From assembly GCF_036321535.1 (NCBI RefSeq), contig NC_087436.1, forward strand, positions 11,718,001 to 11,782,000: 64,000 nt of DNA, in the 5' to 3' direction. The notes beneath the pieces were generated by a model. It was not told the DNA's origin, did no database searches, and saw only the letters and a list, made by a program, of their open reading frames with translations. Within the stretch, counting starts at the first letter, position 1, and every line of letters starts with the position of its first letter. Source of the DNA: Camelus dromedarius. Taxonomy: Eukaryota. The translations under genes and the position numbers were made by a program. Below, piece after piece: positions 63,602-64,000 of this stretch.

Positions 63602-63902
63602 AAAACATAAACAAAAAAACAAAGCATAAATACAAAACAGAAATAGACTCATAGACATAGAATACAAACTTGTGATTGCCAAGGGGGTGGAGGGTGGGAA
63701 GGGATAGACGGGATTTTAAAATTGTAGAATAGATAATATTATACTGTATAGCACAGGGAAATATACACAAGATCTTATGGTAGCTCACAGAGAAAAAAAT
63801 GTGACAATGAATATATATATGTTCATGTATAACTGAAAAATTGTGCTCTACACTGGAATTTGATTCAACATTGTAAAATGATTATAAATCAATAAAAAAA
63901 AA
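63037..63902 (+). mobile_element. Young camelid L1, 5'-truncated (~0.87 kb), with poly-A and 16-bp TSD
   Basis: ORF2 C-terminus, 3' UTR, AATAAA and poly-A; TSD AAAGAATCCCTATGGG (63021-63036) vs AAAGGATCCCTATGGG (63903-63918); TT|AAAG endonuclease site. Confidence 0.97.
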
Positions 63903-64000
63903 AAAGGATCCCTATGGGAAGGGAAAAGTAAAACAGTAATATGAACTAATATAAATTATTGTAAGATGAGAAATCTCTAGTCTTTTGGGGACCCACGTAT

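Noticed and set aside
1..64000. A novel multi-gene system, CRISPR array, operon or host coding gene
   Set aside because: Eukaryotic repeat-rich DNA with no repeat-spacer array. ORFs outside L1/Tigger are short, overlap on both strands, many lack a true ATG, and none matches a protein family I recognise.

Overview
Mammalian genomic DNA, most likely camelid (camel/llama/alpaca). The evidence is a tRNA-derived Vic-1-type SINE and camelid-type LINE-1 3' ends, and I saw no Alu, Bov-tA or PRE-1 SINEs. I could not recognise a host protein-coding exon or RNA gene, so the window looks intronic or intergenic. Much of it is a layered transposable-element record: ancient L2/MIR, hAT-Charlie MITEs (MER5A, MER20, MER58, MER3/33), Tigger elements, MaLR and ERV1 solo LTRs, old L1MA/MB/ME, and at least three younger L1 3'-end types, several with readable target-site duplications (TSDs). 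Nearly all listed ORFs are chance ORFs or L1/Tigger remnants. I found no evidence for a new biological system. The best leads are: a twin-primed L1 that keeps only about 30 nt of its non-inverted 3' end; a young L1 whose TSD supplies an in-frame ATG to the ORF2 CCHC C-terminus; an ACGTG/E-box cluster; nested insertions; and a few exon-like units. Repeat subfamily names come from my recall of consensus sequences, not from a search. Boundaries of old repeats are approximate.
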